Source of the DNA: Candidatus Magasanikiibacteriota bacterium
Lineage (GTDB): Bacteria > Patescibacteriota > Patescibacteriia > Magasanikbacterales > GWA2-37-8
Reading direction: 5' to 3'
Assembly (NCBI GenBank): GCA_041678665.1
Contig: JBAYNU010000001.1
Coordinates: forward strand, 80,996 to 144,995
Length of the DNA: 64,000 nucleotides
Position numbers and translations under genes: made by a program. The notes beneath the pieces are model-generated. The model made no database searches and was not told where the DNA came from. It saw only the letters and a program-made list of their open reading frames with translations. Each line of letters begins with the position of its first letter. Positions within the stretch are counted from its first letter, which is position 1. Of this stretch, positions 26,451 to 37,383 are shown piece by piece.

Positions 26451-26471
26451 AAAAATAAAACCTAATGAAAT

Positions 26472-27569
26472 CTATTGCAAAATATCTTCCACAATTTTTA
26501 CGATTCTTCCGGGATCGGCAATCGGCAATAATTGGTGTAGTTGCCGACCCAAAATCCGCCGACGTTCCGCTAATAAAACCACCTCTTTTGTTTGCTGGGC
26601 CAATTTTAATCCGCTGTCTACTTTTTCGTTTATAATCAATGCGGCATTACGACTAGCAAAAAACTGAGCATTACTTTCCTGATGACCTTCTTTGGGTAAC
26701 AAAATCGCCGGTTTAGACAAAAGGGCCAACTCAGTAATAGTGTTAAAACCAGCTCTAGCCACAACCACATCAGCTGCCGCGTAGGCATATTTCATTTCTT
26801 TGGTAAAAAAATCAAAAACATGGTAATTGGGAAAAACCCCGGCAACACGCCTAGACAATTCTTGCGGGCGTTCTTTTCCCACCAAATGTATTACCTGCCA
26901 GTCCTTAGGCCAAGCCGGCAAAGCTTCGGTGAGTATTTGATTGAGACGAGCCGAGCCAGTACCTCCGCCTACTACAAATATCACCGGCGATGCTACCGGT
27001 AATCCAAAATACTTTTTACCTTCCGCCGAACTTATTCCCGCGAGAGAACGTGCAGGATTGCCTAGCCACTCGGTTTTACGAGAAGAAAAAAATTTAACGC
27101 AATCAGCTAACGCCACGGTAATTTTACGCGCCGCTGGAGCCATCAATCTATTGGCTAACCCCGGCGCAACATCTTGCTGATGGATCCATGACGGCACGCC
27201 TAATATCCAACCAGCCCAATGCAATGGCACACTGATAAAACCACCAGCGGAAATAAGTAAATCGGGTTTTTCTTGCCAAATCAATAATAACGACTGAAAA
27301 AAAGCGACAATAATTTTAAAAAAATCAAAAAAATTCGATAAAGAAAAATAACGCCGCCACTTGCCGGCGCTTATAATGAAATAAGGAATATCATATTGTT
27401 CTAACAAAGTTCTCTCTGGACCATCGCTACTGCCAACCCAGATAAACCGAGCATGGGGATATTTTTGAATAAACGCTTCTCGAATGGCTAGTAGCGGTGT
27501 TACCGGACCAAGTGTTCCCCCGCCTGAAAAAACAATTTTAACATCATCCAACTTATTATCCTCAATCAC
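26472..27569 (-). CDS. murG: Lipid II synthase MurG (GT28 UDP-GlcNAc transferase)
   Basis: 365 aa. N-terminal G-loop FSGGGTLGPVTPLLAI and the C-terminal GT-B domain match MurG. Confidence 0.85.
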   Translation of the reverse strand: MIEDNKLDDVKIVFSGGGTLGPVTPLLAIREAFIQKYPHARFIWVGSSDGPERTLLEQYDIPYFIISAGKWRRYFSLSNFFDFFKIIVAFFQSLLLIWQEKPDLLISAGGFISVPLHWAGWILGVPSWIHQQDVAPGLANRLMAPAARKITVALADCVKFFSSRKTEWLGNPARSLAGISSAEGKKYFGLPVASPVIFVVGGGTGSARLNQILTEALPAWPKDWQVIHLVGKERPQELSRRVAGVFPNYHVFDFFTKEMKYAYAAADVVVARAGFNTITELALLSKPAILLPKEGHQESNAQFFASRNAALIINEKVDSGLKLAQQTKEVVLLAERRRILGRQLHQLLPIADPGRIVKIVEDILQ

Positions 27570-27596
27570 ACAAATAGGATATTTATAAATTAAAAT

Positions 27597-28904
27597 TTAA
27601 TAATCTCTTAATTTTGCCATGATATCCGATTGCTGAATACGCTCCAAAGCTTTAGCCTCAATTTGCCGAATACGTTCACGAGTAACACCAAATTCCTGCC
27701 CTACTTCTTCTAAGGTGTGGGTCACGCCATCCGTTAAACCAAACCTCATTTCTAATATCTTTTGTTCACGCGGGGTAAGATTCTTGATGGCATCTTTTAC
27801 ATAATCGCGCAAAATTTGCAAAGCCGCGCTCCGATCGGGTGAAACATTTTTAATATCTTCAATAAAATCCTGAAGTGAAGTATCATCATCGTCGTCTCCC
27901 ACCGATACCTCCAAAGATACGGTATCTTGGGAAATTTTCATGATATGTTTAATCTTTTCCACTTCTTCGCCCATTTCTGCCGCCAATTCCTCTGGGGTAG
28001 GATCACGCCCCAAATCTTGAGTTAAACGACGAAATACTTGTTGGAAACGATTGATGGTTTCTACCATGTGCACCGGAATACGAATGGTGCGCGACTGGTC
28101 GGCTAAAGCCCGAGTAATCGCTTGACGAATCCACCAGGTAGCATAGGTAGAAAATTTATACCCCTTGCGATGATCAAACTTTTTTACCGCCCGAAATAAC
28201 CCAATGTTACCTTCCTGTATCAAATCCAAAAGTGACAAATTTTTACCAACAAATTTTTTGGCAATCGAAACCACCAAACGTAAATTGGCTTCAATCAGCT
28301 TTCTGTCTGCCGCCTTATCACCTCGTTCTTTGCGTTTGGCCAAAGACACCTCTTCTTCGCCCGACAAAAGAGGAATTTTGCCAATCTCGCGTAAATACAT
28401 TTGAATGGAGTCAGAAGAAATTTCGCCTAAATCAAATGGCACATCCATGTCGGGCTGAACCCCTTGAAACCCTTTGAGAGTTTCAACATTCTCGGCTTTT
28501 ACTCCCAATAAATTACTCTGCGTTTCCACTACCGCCATACCATTTTTTTCTACCACATCCAAAAAACCCTCAAATAAATCCAAATGATGTTCTGGCCGAG
28601 GGAAAAGCTGATTAAGTTCAATTTCAGTAATAAACCCTCGATTACGGCCTTTACGAATCAACGTCCAAATCTGTTCTGGTGTTGGTTCAACAATTACTTC
28701 GGGAGAAATAAGTTTATTTTTCTTAGTCTTGTCTTTATGGCCACGCTTCAAGACAAGCTGGCTACGCTTACCAACCACCTTGTTTTTTTTCTGCACCAAA
28801 ACTTGCCGAACCGGCTTAACTTTATTCTTGGAAACTTTTTTTATTTTAAAATGACGAATTTTTTTAACTAACTTTTTAGACTTAACCTTCCTTTTAATGG
28901 GCAT
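27597..28904 (-). CDS. rpoD: RNA polymerase primary sigma factor (sigma70)
   Basis: Regions 1.2 through 4 are present ([63 protein letters not shown]). Lys-rich N-terminal tail. Downstream of dnaG, the conserved operon. Confidence 0.9.
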   Translation of the reverse strand: MPIKRKVKSKKLVKKIRHFKIKKVSKNKVKPVRQVLVQKKNKVVGKRSQLVLKRGHKDKTKKNKLISPEVIVEPTPEQIWTLIRKGRNRGFITEIELNQLFPRPEHHLDLFEGFLDVVEKNGMAVVETQSNLLGVKAENVETLKGFQGVQPDMDVPFDLGEISSDSIQMYLREIGKIPLLSGEEEVSLAKRKERGDKAADRKLIEANLRLVVSIAKKFVGKNLSLLDLIQEGNIGLFRAVKKFDHRKGYKFSTYATWWIRQAITRALADQSRTIRIPVHMVETINRFQQVFRRLTQDLGRDPTPEELAAEMGEEVEKIKHIMKISQDTVSLEVSVGDDDDDTSLQDFIEDIKNVSPDRSAALQILRDYVKDAIKNLTPREQKILEMRFGLTDGVTHTLEEVGQEFGVTRERIRQIEAKALERIQQSDIMAKLRDY

Positions 28905-28915
28905 AGTAGTATAAA

Positions 28916-30691
28916 TTATAAATTTTGTAATTCATTTAATAAGCCGTCTAATTGCTCTTTATCTGGCATCTTTTCCGCTTTTTCTAATTCTTTTTGTATT
29001 GTTTGCCGTCGTTTTTTCGTCCATTCAATTTTGGCCTGATTCACCAAATCCACCGCCTCTTTTCGAGCTTGTTCATCGGTAAAATCACAAAAATCCTTTT
29101 CCGCTTGAAGCAAAAGGATATCAAGCAAACCATCGGTGGAAATCTTTTGATATTGCTTTTCCAACTCCGACACGTCTATGACCTTAGTATTATACTGTTT
29201 AGATACCAAATCGTAAAGAGCTTGATGCTGAGGAGACAAATATTCCGACTTCAATTGTCCAACAAGCCAACCAAATACCGCTGGAAATTTGAGCATCAAA
29301 GCCATCAAGGCGTCACCTATCATGGTCATCTTATCTTTATTCTCTATCTTAGCTGCTGGTTTCTGCTCTGGTTTAAAACCAACATGCTTGATCTTATCGG
29401 CAATAATTTTTTTACTCTCCTCGCGTAAAACGGCGGTGTCTATGTCTAACTCGTTACTTAATTTTTTAAGCCAATCGTCACGTTCGACAACGTGCGGTAT
29501 GCGTAAAATCTCTGCGAGCAAAATCTCGGCGGCTTTTTGTTTTTGAATAGGATCATGCTTATTATATTTGGATAAAGTACCGGCAAAATACCATTCCATA
29601 ACCCCATCGGCATTTTTTACGGCGTCAAACCAAACTGAAGAATTAATTTTAATACACTCATCGGCATCTTTGCCAGCACCAGTGGGGATAGAAATAACTC
29701 GCACGTTTAATCCTTCTTCCAACGCCACTGCTATCCCCCGTTTGGCGGCTTCCTGTCCAGCGCTATCCGCATCAAAAGCTACCGCCACGTTATTGGTATA
29801 GCGTTTAATCAATTTTACTTGCTCGGCGGTCAAAGCGGTACCCGATGAAGCGATTACATTTTTCATACCCGCTTGATGACAAGCGATAACGTCCATTTGA
29901 CCTTCAACAATTACTGCTAAATCACTGGATTTAATTTCCATTTTAGCTTTATCCAAACCATAAATTACCCGCGACTTATCATAAGCCGAAGTTTGCGGAG
30001 TATTAACGTATTTACCGCCAGAATGATCAGTCTCTACTAAAACTCGACCCGTAAAACCAACCACATTGCCGTGGGCATCCCAAATTGGAAACATTATCCG
30101 TCCCCGAAAACGATCATAAAACCCCTTACCAGCGGGAGCGTTTTCTTTGCGAATAGTGAGCCCAGCGGCCACTAAATCATCCACACCAAAACCCTTTTTA
30201 ATTAAGTACTGAGTCAAAAGCTCCCATTGATCTGGAATAAATCCAATTTGCCATTGCGCAATTGTTTCTTTTTTTAAACCACGCCTATCCAAATAAGCCC
30301 GCGCCGAAAGCGCCGCATTCATCTCCAATAAAAAACGATGAAAAAAAATCACGGCCGCTTTGTTAACATCCAAAATTCTATTTTTTTGACTCTTGTCAAT
30401 TTCACTACGAAAATTATCCAGCTTTACCCCCGCACGTTCAGCCAAAAGTTTGAGTGCTTCCGGAAAATCTAACCCTTCAATTTCTTGAATAAAAGTAAAA
30501 ACATCCCCACCTTTGCCACAGCCAAAACAGTGCCAAATCTGTTTGTCGGGATGAATCATAAAAGACGGCGTCTTTTCGTTATGGAAAGGACACCGTGCTT
30601 TATAATTCGCGCCTGCTTTTTTAACCTGAATATACTCGCCAAGCAATTGCACAATATCAATCCGATCCTTAATTGTACTCACGTCGGTCAT
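28916..30691 (-). CDS. dnaG: DNA primase
   Basis: [29 protein letters not shown] zinc-ribbon, TOPRIM domain ([13 protein letters not shown]...DAD), 591 aa. Confidence 0.9.
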   Translation of the reverse strand: MTDVSTIKDRIDIVQLLGEYIQVKKAGANYKARCPFHNEKTPSFMIHPDKQIWHCFGCGKGGDVFTFIQEIEGLDFPEALKLLAERAGVKLDNFRSEIDKSQKNRILDVNKAAVIFFHRFLLEMNAALSARAYLDRRGLKKETIAQWQIGFIPDQWELLTQYLIKKGFGVDDLVAAGLTIRKENAPAGKGFYDRFRGRIMFPIWDAHGNVVGFTGRVLVETDHSGGKYVNTPQTSAYDKSRVIYGLDKAKMEIKSSDLAVIVEGQMDVIACHQAGMKNVIASSGTALTAEQVKLIKRYTNNVAVAFDADSAGQEAAKRGIAVALEEGLNVRVISIPTGAGKDADECIKINSSVWFDAVKNADGVMEWYFAGTLSKYNKHDPIQKQKAAEILLAEILRIPHVVERDDWLKKLSNELDIDTAVLREESKKIIADKIKHVGFKPEQKPAAKIENKDKMTMIGDALMALMLKFPAVFGWLVGQLKSEYLSPQHQALYDLVSKQYNTKVIDVSELEKQYQKISTDGLLDILLLQAEKDFCDFTDEQARKEAVDLVNQAKIEWTKKRRQTIQKELEKAEKMPDKEQLDGLLNELQNL

Positions 30692-30706
30692 ACTAAATTA
30701 TCTACC

Positions 30707-31810
30707 TTAATCAACAAACTCGAATCCGGCTATCATTTTATCAAATGCAGCAATATAATCACCGGTGTCGTTGGTAACAAAAAACACATATACTCGATTA
30801 TTTTTCTCGGCAAAGATATAGCGCTCCGGCTTGTTACGTGTACCTTTATAAAAAGTAAGATAAACGCTCTTGTGGTCGGACAACAAGGTTAAGCTCTGAA
30901 AATATTTTAATTTACGTCCATTAAAAGCGCGCTCTGACTCTTGGGCAATGGTACTGCTAGTAATTCTTAATCCGACTGTTTTATCATCTGCGTCTTTTCC
31001 GCAAACAAACAACTCCACATCCACCGGTGGATATACCTGATCGGAATTATTTTTGAATAAACAATCATTGGGATAAATTAGTTTAAATTTAAAACGCTCG
31101 TTAATATATGTTTGTCCGGTCGGTTTAATAACCCCACCATTATTTGAATTACTATTAACCGTTTCATCACCTTGATCACTATCTACCGCCGGCAATTCAT
31201 TAGCAAAAAATTTCATTGATCCAATAATGCGATTAAATAAATTTAGCGACGTGTCGGTCAAATCATTGCGCCCAATAGAAATATAAATGTAATAATCCTG
31301 ATCTTGGTTGATAAAATAAGCCGGCCCAGGCACAGCTCCGGCCCAATCTGATTTTTCCACTTTGATTGCACTTCGTCCGCCAATATTTACCGACGTACGT
31401 TTGCCGTTGGGCAGCAGTCCTGTTTTATTATTACTATCAATTTTGCTGTCAATCCAGGCGATAAAGTTAGTCGTGGTATTTTTCTTTATGCCGGCACGAA
31501 TTTCTATCCCCAAAAAATCAGGTGGACATTGCACCCCGATACAATCCGCGTTGCCTAATTTTACACTTAAAAAATCATCGGAAACACTCTCGTTTTTGAA
31601 CCAATTTGAAGGATAGTCAAAACTAACGCCATATTTTTTGTTCTCATAAGTTCGCCAACCGCTCACCGTAGAAGGACTGTCTGTGCCACCAGTATCTAAT
31701 GATGTGGAATTTTGCACATAAAGCGAAGTGCCTTCGTTGGAACATGATGCTCCCATAAATAACAAAACACCTAACGCCAAAAATAGCAGGCTTAATTTTT
31801 TACCCATCAT
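30707..31810 (-). CDS. Secreted/lipoprotein-like protein of unknown function with two similar domains
   Basis: Signal peptide with Cys (LFMGASCSNEG). Two segments of similar character (YGVSFDYPSNWFKNES... and KFKLIYPNDCLFKNNS...). Confidence 0.5.
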   Translation of the reverse strand: MMGKKLSLLFLALGVLLFMGASCSNEGTSLYVQNSTSLDTGGTDSPSTVSGWRTYENKKYGVSFDYPSNWFKNESVSDDFLSVKLGNADCIGVQCPPDFLGIEIRAGIKKNTTTNFIAWIDSKIDSNNKTGLLPNGKRTSVNIGGRSAIKVEKSDWAGAVPGPAYFINQDQDYYIYISIGRNDLTDTSLNLFNRIIGSMKFFANELPAVDSDQGDETVNSNSNNGGVIKPTGQTYINERFKFKLIYPNDCLFKNNSDQVYPPVDVELFVCGKDADDKTVGLRITSSTIAQESERAFNGRKLKYFQSLTLLSDHKSVYLTFYKGTRNKPERYIFAEKNNRVYVFFVTNDTGDYIAAFDKMIAGFEFVD

Positions 31811-31912
31811 ATAATTTATTTAGAAGTTACAGTGTCATTTTACCTTAAAACCCAACCCTTGACAAGACCGGCAAAATGTGCTTAATAAAAATGCTTTTAG
31901 CTAAAACCAGCT

Positions 31913-33163
31913 TTATTCACGCCTTAATGCGTCAATCGGATTTAAAGCTGAGGCCTTGCGGGCGGGATACAACCCAAATATTAAGCCAATCACACCCGAA
32001 AATCCAACTGCGAGAATTATAGAAGAAATTGGTATAGAATAAACCCAGACAAAATTATAATAAATTGCGATGAAATAAATAAGTAGCGCCAACAGAGCGC
32101 CTAGAATAATTCCCACTACTCCCCCGCTAATAGTAAGTAAAACCGCCTCGGATAAAAATTGCCACATAATATCACGCGAACGCGCGCCTAAACTTTTACG
32201 CAAACCAATCTCAAATGTCCGCTCGGTTACCGACACATACATAATATTCATAATCCCTACCCCGCCGACTAATAATGACACGCAAACCAAAGCAACTAAT
32301 AAAAATGTCAGTCCATTTACCACAGTGGATAACATCTTGACCGCTTCTTCCATAGTATTCACGGCAAAATCATCTTTGTTGGGATCAGTAATATCGTGAT
32401 TTTCACGCACCGCTTCCTCTAATTCAATCACCGTTTGTTTAATTTGCGAACGATCTTTTGCTTTACCTACAATTTCTAAAAAATAATCCACCCCCAAAAT
32501 TCGTTTTTGCATAGTTTTGGTGGGTAAATAAGCCACGGTATCAAAATCCATGCCCATAACGGCGCCACGTTTTTTAGCCACGCCCACCACTCGAAATGGC
32601 TTGCCTTTGATATAAACCGTTTTTCCTACGGCCTCATCATCGCCAAACAAATTATCTTTCAACGACGACCCTAAAACCGTCACTTGCGAAAGCGATTCTT
32701 CTTCGGATTGCGTATAAAGCCGCCCGGCCGACAATTCAAACTTTTCCACCTCTTGCAAATTATAACCTTCACCAAAAAGCATGGCAGTTTTGGTTTGATC
32801 TTGATATTTAATTACCGCCTGACCCATGACAATACCGTAAGCCGCCATAATGTTAGAATTTTTCCGCGTCGATTCCAAATCCTTCTCCTTTAAGGTGGTA
32901 ATAGTAATACCTGTAGCCATACCCATGGCATTATCCGAGCTAGCTTTTTTAGTGGACGGCACTTTTACTTCTATCGTGATGGTATTGGGAGAGAATGTTT
33001 CCAGCTGACTCATCACCATTTTATCTAAACCTCGCCCAGCCGCCATAATTGCGATTACCAAAGCAATACCAATGCTCACCCCGATAATCGTCAAAATCGC
33101 ACGAGTTTTCTGCGCGCGTAGGGATTTATAGGCGAGTTGTAAAGGTATTAAGTTCATAGCCAA
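31913..33163 (-). CDS. ABC transporter permease, MacB/FtsX family (second permease)
   Basis: 416 aa. N-terminal TM, large periplasmic MacB-PCD-like domain, C-terminal FtsX four-helix module. The ORF-track start is TTG; the ATG is at 33155..33157. Confidence 0.8.
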   Translation of the reverse strand: MAMNLIPLQLAYKSLRAQKTRAILTIIGVSIGIALVIAIMAAGRGLDKMVMSQLETFSPNTITIEVKVPSTKKASSDNAMGMATGITITTLKEKDLESTRKNSNIMAAYGIVMGQAVIKYQDQTKTAMLFGEGYNLQEVEKFELSAGRLYTQSEEESLSQVTVLGSSLKDNLFGDDEAVGKTVYIKGKPFRVVGVAKKRGAVMGMDFDTVAYLPTKTMQKRILGVDYFLEIVGKAKDRSQIKQTVIELEEAVRENHDITDPNKDDFAVNTMEEAVKMLSTVVNGLTFLLVALVCVSLLVGGVGIMNIMYVSVTERTFEIGLRKSLGARSRDIMWQFLSEAVLLTISGGVVGIILGALLALLIYFIAIYYNFVWVYSIPISSIILAVGFSGVIGLIFGLYPARKASALNPIDALRRE

Positions 33164-33216
33164 TAGTTCACAGCCAATAGGTTGGCGACTATGAACTTTT
33201 GGCTATTGGCTAAGAA
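33164..33216. repeat. Intergenic repeat (GCCAATAG family) between the two permease genes
   Basis: AGCCAATAGTTCACAGCCAATAGG...GGCTATTGGCTAAGAACTAC. Reverse-complement similarity to 15962..16030. Confidence 0.6.
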
Positions 33217-34452
33217 CTACTCGTATCTTAGCGCCTCAATCGGATCAAGCTTGGCGGCGCGTTTGGCCGGGGAAATTCCAAAAATCAAACCTACACCGAC
33301 CGACACTAACACCCCCATCACAATTGAAGAAAATGAAACAGAAAAATCCCAGCTATAACCCATGCCCTGCGCCACTTTGGCCACGGTGTAAGAAATTAAA
33401 ATGCCCAAAATAATTCCAATCACCCCACCGATAGAGGTAATCATGATTGACTCTACCAAAAATTGCGAAGTAATATTTTTATTCTTCGCCCCCACTGCTT
33501 TGCGTAATCCTATTTCACGCGTGCGTTCCTGCACAGCCGCAAGCATAATATTCATAATGCCAATTCCGCCCACAATAAGAGCGATCGCCGCTACCGCCGC
33601 CAGAAACATCTTGAGGGCATTGGTTATAGAAGTTATGGCATCCAAACTCTGTGCCATTGAACGCACCGAAAAATCATCATCTTTGGCATTTTCAATCTTA
33701 TGTCTTTCGCGTAAAATAACCTTGGCATCTTCCATGGCCGAATTAACATTGTCGCCAGTGTCAACTTTAAGCCGCGCAAAACTAATATGGTTTATTCCAA
33801 GTAATAACTTTTGTGCCGTATTAAGTGGCACAAAAATTTGGTCATCCTGATTTTGCATACCACTACTACCACGCGCCTTCATCACTCCGACAATATTAAA
33901 AACGGTTTTTTTAATTTTAATATCCTGTCCCAGGGGATTCTGATCGCTAAATAAGTTTTTAGCTACCGTACTACCAATTACCGCTACTCGCGCTACACTC
34001 CTATCCTCATCCTCGGTAAAAAATCTTCCTACTCCAATAGACGCGTCTTCCACATCCGGATATTGACCGGATACACCAGTAAAATTGGTATCGGTTTTTT
34101 GATCGCCCCAGGTGATGGTATCAGTCCCTTTTACATAACCGGTCGCCGCCAAAATATGCGGGTTATTTTTTGTCACCGCCACTATATCGCTTTCTTTAAG
34201 AGTGGTAATTACAATCCCCATAACCGAAGCTGGGGGGCCTTTTTCATCCGAAGCACCGGGTAAAATACCAATAAGATTGGAACCCATGCTTTTCACTTGA
34301 TTAATAATCAAACTCTGCGCCCCTGCTCCCACTGACATCACAATAATCACAGCCATTACGCCAATAATAATTCCGAGCATCGTTAAAAATGATCGAACCT
34401 TATTGCGCCCGATTACATGCCAGACACTGTGAATTTCTTGAAGTAAGTTCAT
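33217..34452 (-). CDS. ABC transporter permease, MacB/FtsX family (first permease)
   Basis: 411 aa, same architecture as the downstream paralogue. Confidence 0.8.
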   Translation of the reverse strand: MNLLQEIHSVWHVIGRNKVRSFLTMLGIIIGVMAVIIVMSVGAGAQSLIINQVKSMGSNLIGILPGASDEKGPPASVMGIVITTLKESDIVAVTKNNPHILAATGYVKGTDTITWGDQKTDTNFTGVSGQYPDVEDASIGVGRFFTEDEDRSVARVAVIGSTVAKNLFSDQNPLGQDIKIKKTVFNIVGVMKARGSSGMQNQDDQIFVPLNTAQKLLLGINHISFARLKVDTGDNVNSAMEDAKVILRERHKIENAKDDDFSVRSMAQSLDAITSITNALKMFLAAVAAIALIVGGIGIMNIMLAAVQERTREIGLRKAVGAKNKNITSQFLVESIMITSIGGVIGIILGILISYTVAKVAQGMGYSWDFSVSFSSIVMGVLVSVGVGLIFGISPAKRAAKLDPIEALRYE

Positions 34453-34527
34453 GAAAACATTAAAACATCAAAACATTAAAACAATTTCTATTTGTTTTAA
34501 TATTCTTGTGTTCTCGTGCTTTAACGA
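34453..34527. repeat. Leader repeat with tandem ATGTTTTNA units immediately upstream of the first permease
   Basis: The minus-strand reading ends ...aatattaaaacaaatagaaattgttttaatgttttgatgttttaatgttttcATG. Same family as 19931..19999. Confidence 0.55.
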
Positions 34528-35247
34528 TTATTTCACCAGCTCACTCGCTCCTTTTGCGATTTGTCGATTAATCACCTGCTCATCACTTTCAATCACACCA
34601 TCACGAATACGTAATATTCTTTTGGCATGCTCGGCGGTATAGCGTTCGTGAGTAACCAAAATTATCGTGTGTCCACTTTCATTCAAATCTTGCAAAATTT
34701 TCATCACCGCGAGACCGGATTTGGAATCCAAATTGCCAGTCGGCTCATCGGCAAAAATTACTTTGGGATCGTTCACTAATGCCCGGGCGATCGCCACGCG
34801 CTGTTTTTCACCACCCGAAAGCTGACTAGTGTAATAATTCAACCGATGCTCAAGTCCAACAGAAATTAATGCTCGTTTCGCTTTAAAATTACGCGCAGTT
34901 TCACTGTCACCTGTATAGACTAAAGGTAAAGCCACGTTTTCCATCACCGTGGTCCGTGGCAAAAGATTAAACGCTTGAAACACAAACCCGACTGCCTTGC
35001 TACGCATCTCCGCTAGCTCATCATCAGTGAGTTCGTTTACTTTCTTATCATCAAATAAATACTCGCCACAACTAGGCTTATCCATAAAACTCAAAATATG
35101 CATGAGAGTTGACTTACCTGAACCAGATGGCCCCATAATCGCCACAAATTCACCCTTTTCAATCTTAAAATTCAAATCATGAAGCACGGGTGTTTCCACC
35201 TCTCCGCTCACATAGGTTTTACAGAGATCTTTAATACTAATTAACAT
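34528..35247 (-). CDS. ABC transporter ATP-binding protein (MacB/LolD-like)
   Basis: Walker [11 protein letters not shown]-loop, signature [15 protein letters not shown], Walker [13 protein letters not shown]-loop. Confidence 0.9.
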   Translation of the reverse strand: MLISIKDLCKTYVSGEVETPVLHDLNFKIEKGEFVAIMGPSGSGKSTLMHILSFMDKPSCGEYLFDDKKVNELTDDELAEMRSKAVGFVFQAFNLLPRTTVMENVALPLVYTGDSETARNFKAKRALISVGLEHRLNYYTSQLSGGEKQRVAIARALVNDPKVIFADEPTGNLDSKSGLAVMKILQDLNESGHTIILVTHERYTAEHAKRILRIRDGVIESDEQVINRQIAKGASELVK

Positions 35248-35295
35248 ATTTGGTAAATTGCTAAATTTCTATTTTAAACAATTTAATAATTTATT

Positions 35296-37020
35296 TTATT
35301 TAGTCCCCACAATCACTATGTCCCCTTCACTTAACCCTTCCAAAATTTCCACCTTACCGTCGTCAGCTTTGAGGCCAATCTGCACCGGCATATCTTTGGC
35401 TTCTTTGCCAATCAAAATTTTTACATACTTACCGTCGTTAGTGCGGACGGCGCGGGAGGGAACATACAATACTCCTTCGCGTTTTTCCGTCGCGATTGTC
35501 ACATTAGTGGTCATCCCAGTCTTGATTGGTTTATCGGTTTCGTCCAAAGATACTTTAATTTTATAATATACCACATCTTGAATTTCGGTGGAGGCTGGCT
35601 CAATGGAAATTACTTTACCGCCAAATTTTACATCGTCCCCAAAAGCATCCAAAGTAATAGCCACCGCATCACTCAAATTTAATTTAGACACATCCGTCTC
35701 TGGAATGTCTACCTCCACTTCAAAATGTGGAGTAATCATTTCAATGGCAATATCGTTGGCCGAAAGTAATTCACCAACTTTCTTATTTACTTTGGCTATC
35801 ACGCCATCAATCGGAGCACGCAAAACCGCCTTACCATAATTAGCTTGAGCTTGCGCCAAAGCCGCCCGCAAAGGAGCTAGATCCACTTCACGCATAGGCT
35901 CAGTTTTATTGTTGTAATTAGCCACAGCTTGATCGTATACCGCCTGTTTAATGGCAATTACACTACTAGCGGTTGCTTTAATATTTTCCAAATCACGCAC
36001 CGCTTTATCATAAGCAATCTGATAAGTAGTATAACTATTTTTAGCATCCGTTAAATCCTGCTTCTTGCCAATCAAAGTAGTATACTGGGTAGAAATAGCC
36101 GCCCGACTGGCTTCGATAACGGTTTTTTTAGCATCCAATGCTGTCTGAGTCAATGATCCTACCGGGGGTGTAGCGGCGAGCACATCAGAAACCTTAAATA
36201 ACAAAGCGCTCATTTGTTCTAAGCTGGAAATAGTTAAATCAATAGCTAAATCCACTGAGGCGTGATTACTGCTGGCAGTCAAAATTATCACTGCACTACG
36301 CGCTTCGGTACGAGCGTTCTTAGCTACCGAATATTGAGTACGCGCGCTATTCAAATAATTACTATTTAAGATGGATAAATAACCTTCAAAATCATCATTA
36401 CCCAAAATATTGTCAACTCCCAAAATATTATCCGCTTGAGTAAGTCCATCATCGAGCTTGGATAAAGTGGACTGCAAGGCAGCAACAATATTCTCATAGG
36501 CCTGACTTACAATTTGACTATTTTCTCCACCTTCCGCTAATTTTAAATTATTTTTAGCTGTTTCTACCGCGGATTCATATGAAGTGATGGAGTTGGCAGT
36601 GTCAGCCTTGGTTTTATTCAAATCAGCCAATGCCTGTTCGGCCAATGCTTTATAATAAGCCCTTTCTTGATCATTAGCGCCGGCAATTTTTTGATTCAAA
36701 TTAGCTTGAGCTTGTGCCACGGCAGCAGCAAGTTCGCTGGCACGCAAAGATGCTAAAAGCTGACCAATTTTAACAGCCTCACCTTCTTTTACTTTCACTT
36801 CACCCAAAGTACCGGCAGTCTCAAACCGTAAGGATAGGTCATTAGAAGATTGAATTTTGCCGGTAGCCTCCACTGTTTGTGCGATATCTCCACGCGCTAC
36901 AGTAAAGGTGTCGTAGTTGGGAGGAGTATTAGCTTTTTTATATTGACCATAACCAACCCAAACCGCGATCAAAACCACTATAGTAATAATCCAAAACTTT
37001 TTAGTTTTATAAAACAACAT
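35296..37020 (-). CDS. Periplasmic adaptor / membrane fusion protein (HlyD/MacA family) with long coiled-coil
   Basis: 574 aa. N-terminal TM, lipoyl/beta-barrel hallmarks (GKIQSSNDLSLRFETAGTLGEV..., IDGVIAKVN) and an unusually long Ala/Gln-rich alpha-hairpin. Confidence 0.8.
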   Translation of the reverse strand: MLFYKTKKFWIITIVVLIAVWVGYGQYKKANTPPNYDTFTVARGDIAQTVEATGKIQSSNDLSLRFETAGTLGEVKVKEGEAVKIGQLLASLRASELAAAVAQAQANLNQKIAGANDQERAYYKALAEQALADLNKTKADTANSITSYESAVETAKNNLKLAEGGENSQIVSQAYENIVAALQSTLSKLDDGLTQADNILGVDNILGNDDFEGYLSILNSNYLNSARTQYSVAKNARTEARSAVIILTASSNHASVDLAIDLTISSLEQMSALLFKVSDVLAATPPVGSLTQTALDAKKTVIEASRAAISTQYTTLIGKKQDLTDAKNSYTTYQIAYDKAVRDLENIKATASSVIAIKQAVYDQAVANYNNKTEPMREVDLAPLRAALAQAQANYGKAVLRAPIDGVIAKVNKKVGELLSANDIAIEMITPHFEVEVDIPETDVSKLNLSDAVAITLDAFGDDVKFGGKVISIEPASTEIQDVVYYKIKVSLDETDKPIKTGMTTNVTIATEKREGVLYVPSRAVRTNDGKYVKILIGKEAKDMPVQIGLKADDGKVEILEGLSEGDIVIVGTK

Positions 37021-37053
37021 ATAAATTTAATTTATAAGTAATATTAATAATGT

Positions 37054-37278
37054 TTATTTCTTAAGAGCCTTGGTAATTGACGCCATCATAATCGACATCA
37101 TTTTATCAGGTACTAAAACCAAAAAACCGTCATGCTCAAAAATGACAAAACGATCACCGGTTTTTATTTTTAAACTAGTACGCGCTTCTTTGGGTACAAC
37201 TATTTGCCCGCGCTCGCCCATGGTAGCCGACCCACATACGGCGCTAAATAGATGGCTGGATTTATGACAATTTTTCAT
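37054..37278 (-). CDS. AbrB/MazE/SpoVT-family DNA-binding protein (swapped-hairpin barrel)
   Basis: GQIVVPKEARTSLKIKTGDRFVIFEHDGFLVLVP is the AbrB-N fold signature. The probable true start is the internal ATG at 37219..37221 (56-aa product). Confidence 0.55.
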   Translation of the reverse strand: MKNCHKSSHLFSAVCGSATMGERGQIVVPKEARTSLKIKTGDRFVIFEHDGFLVLVPDKMMSIMMASITKALKK

Positions 37279-37280
37279 AG

Positions 37281-37311
37281 TAAGTATGATAAATATGAAT
37301 TATCATACTTA
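37281..37311. promoter_or_regulatory. Perfect 12-bp inverted repeat (candidate operator) upstream of the AbrB-like gene
   Basis: TAAGTATGATAA-atatgaa-TTATCATACTTA, ~60 nt upstream of the likely start of the regulator gene. Confidence 0.35.
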
Positions 37312-37383
37312 TCATACCATAATCAATCTATTTTTATAAGCCGCTTATCCACAGGATCATCCGACCTTGGAAATAGAAGATTT

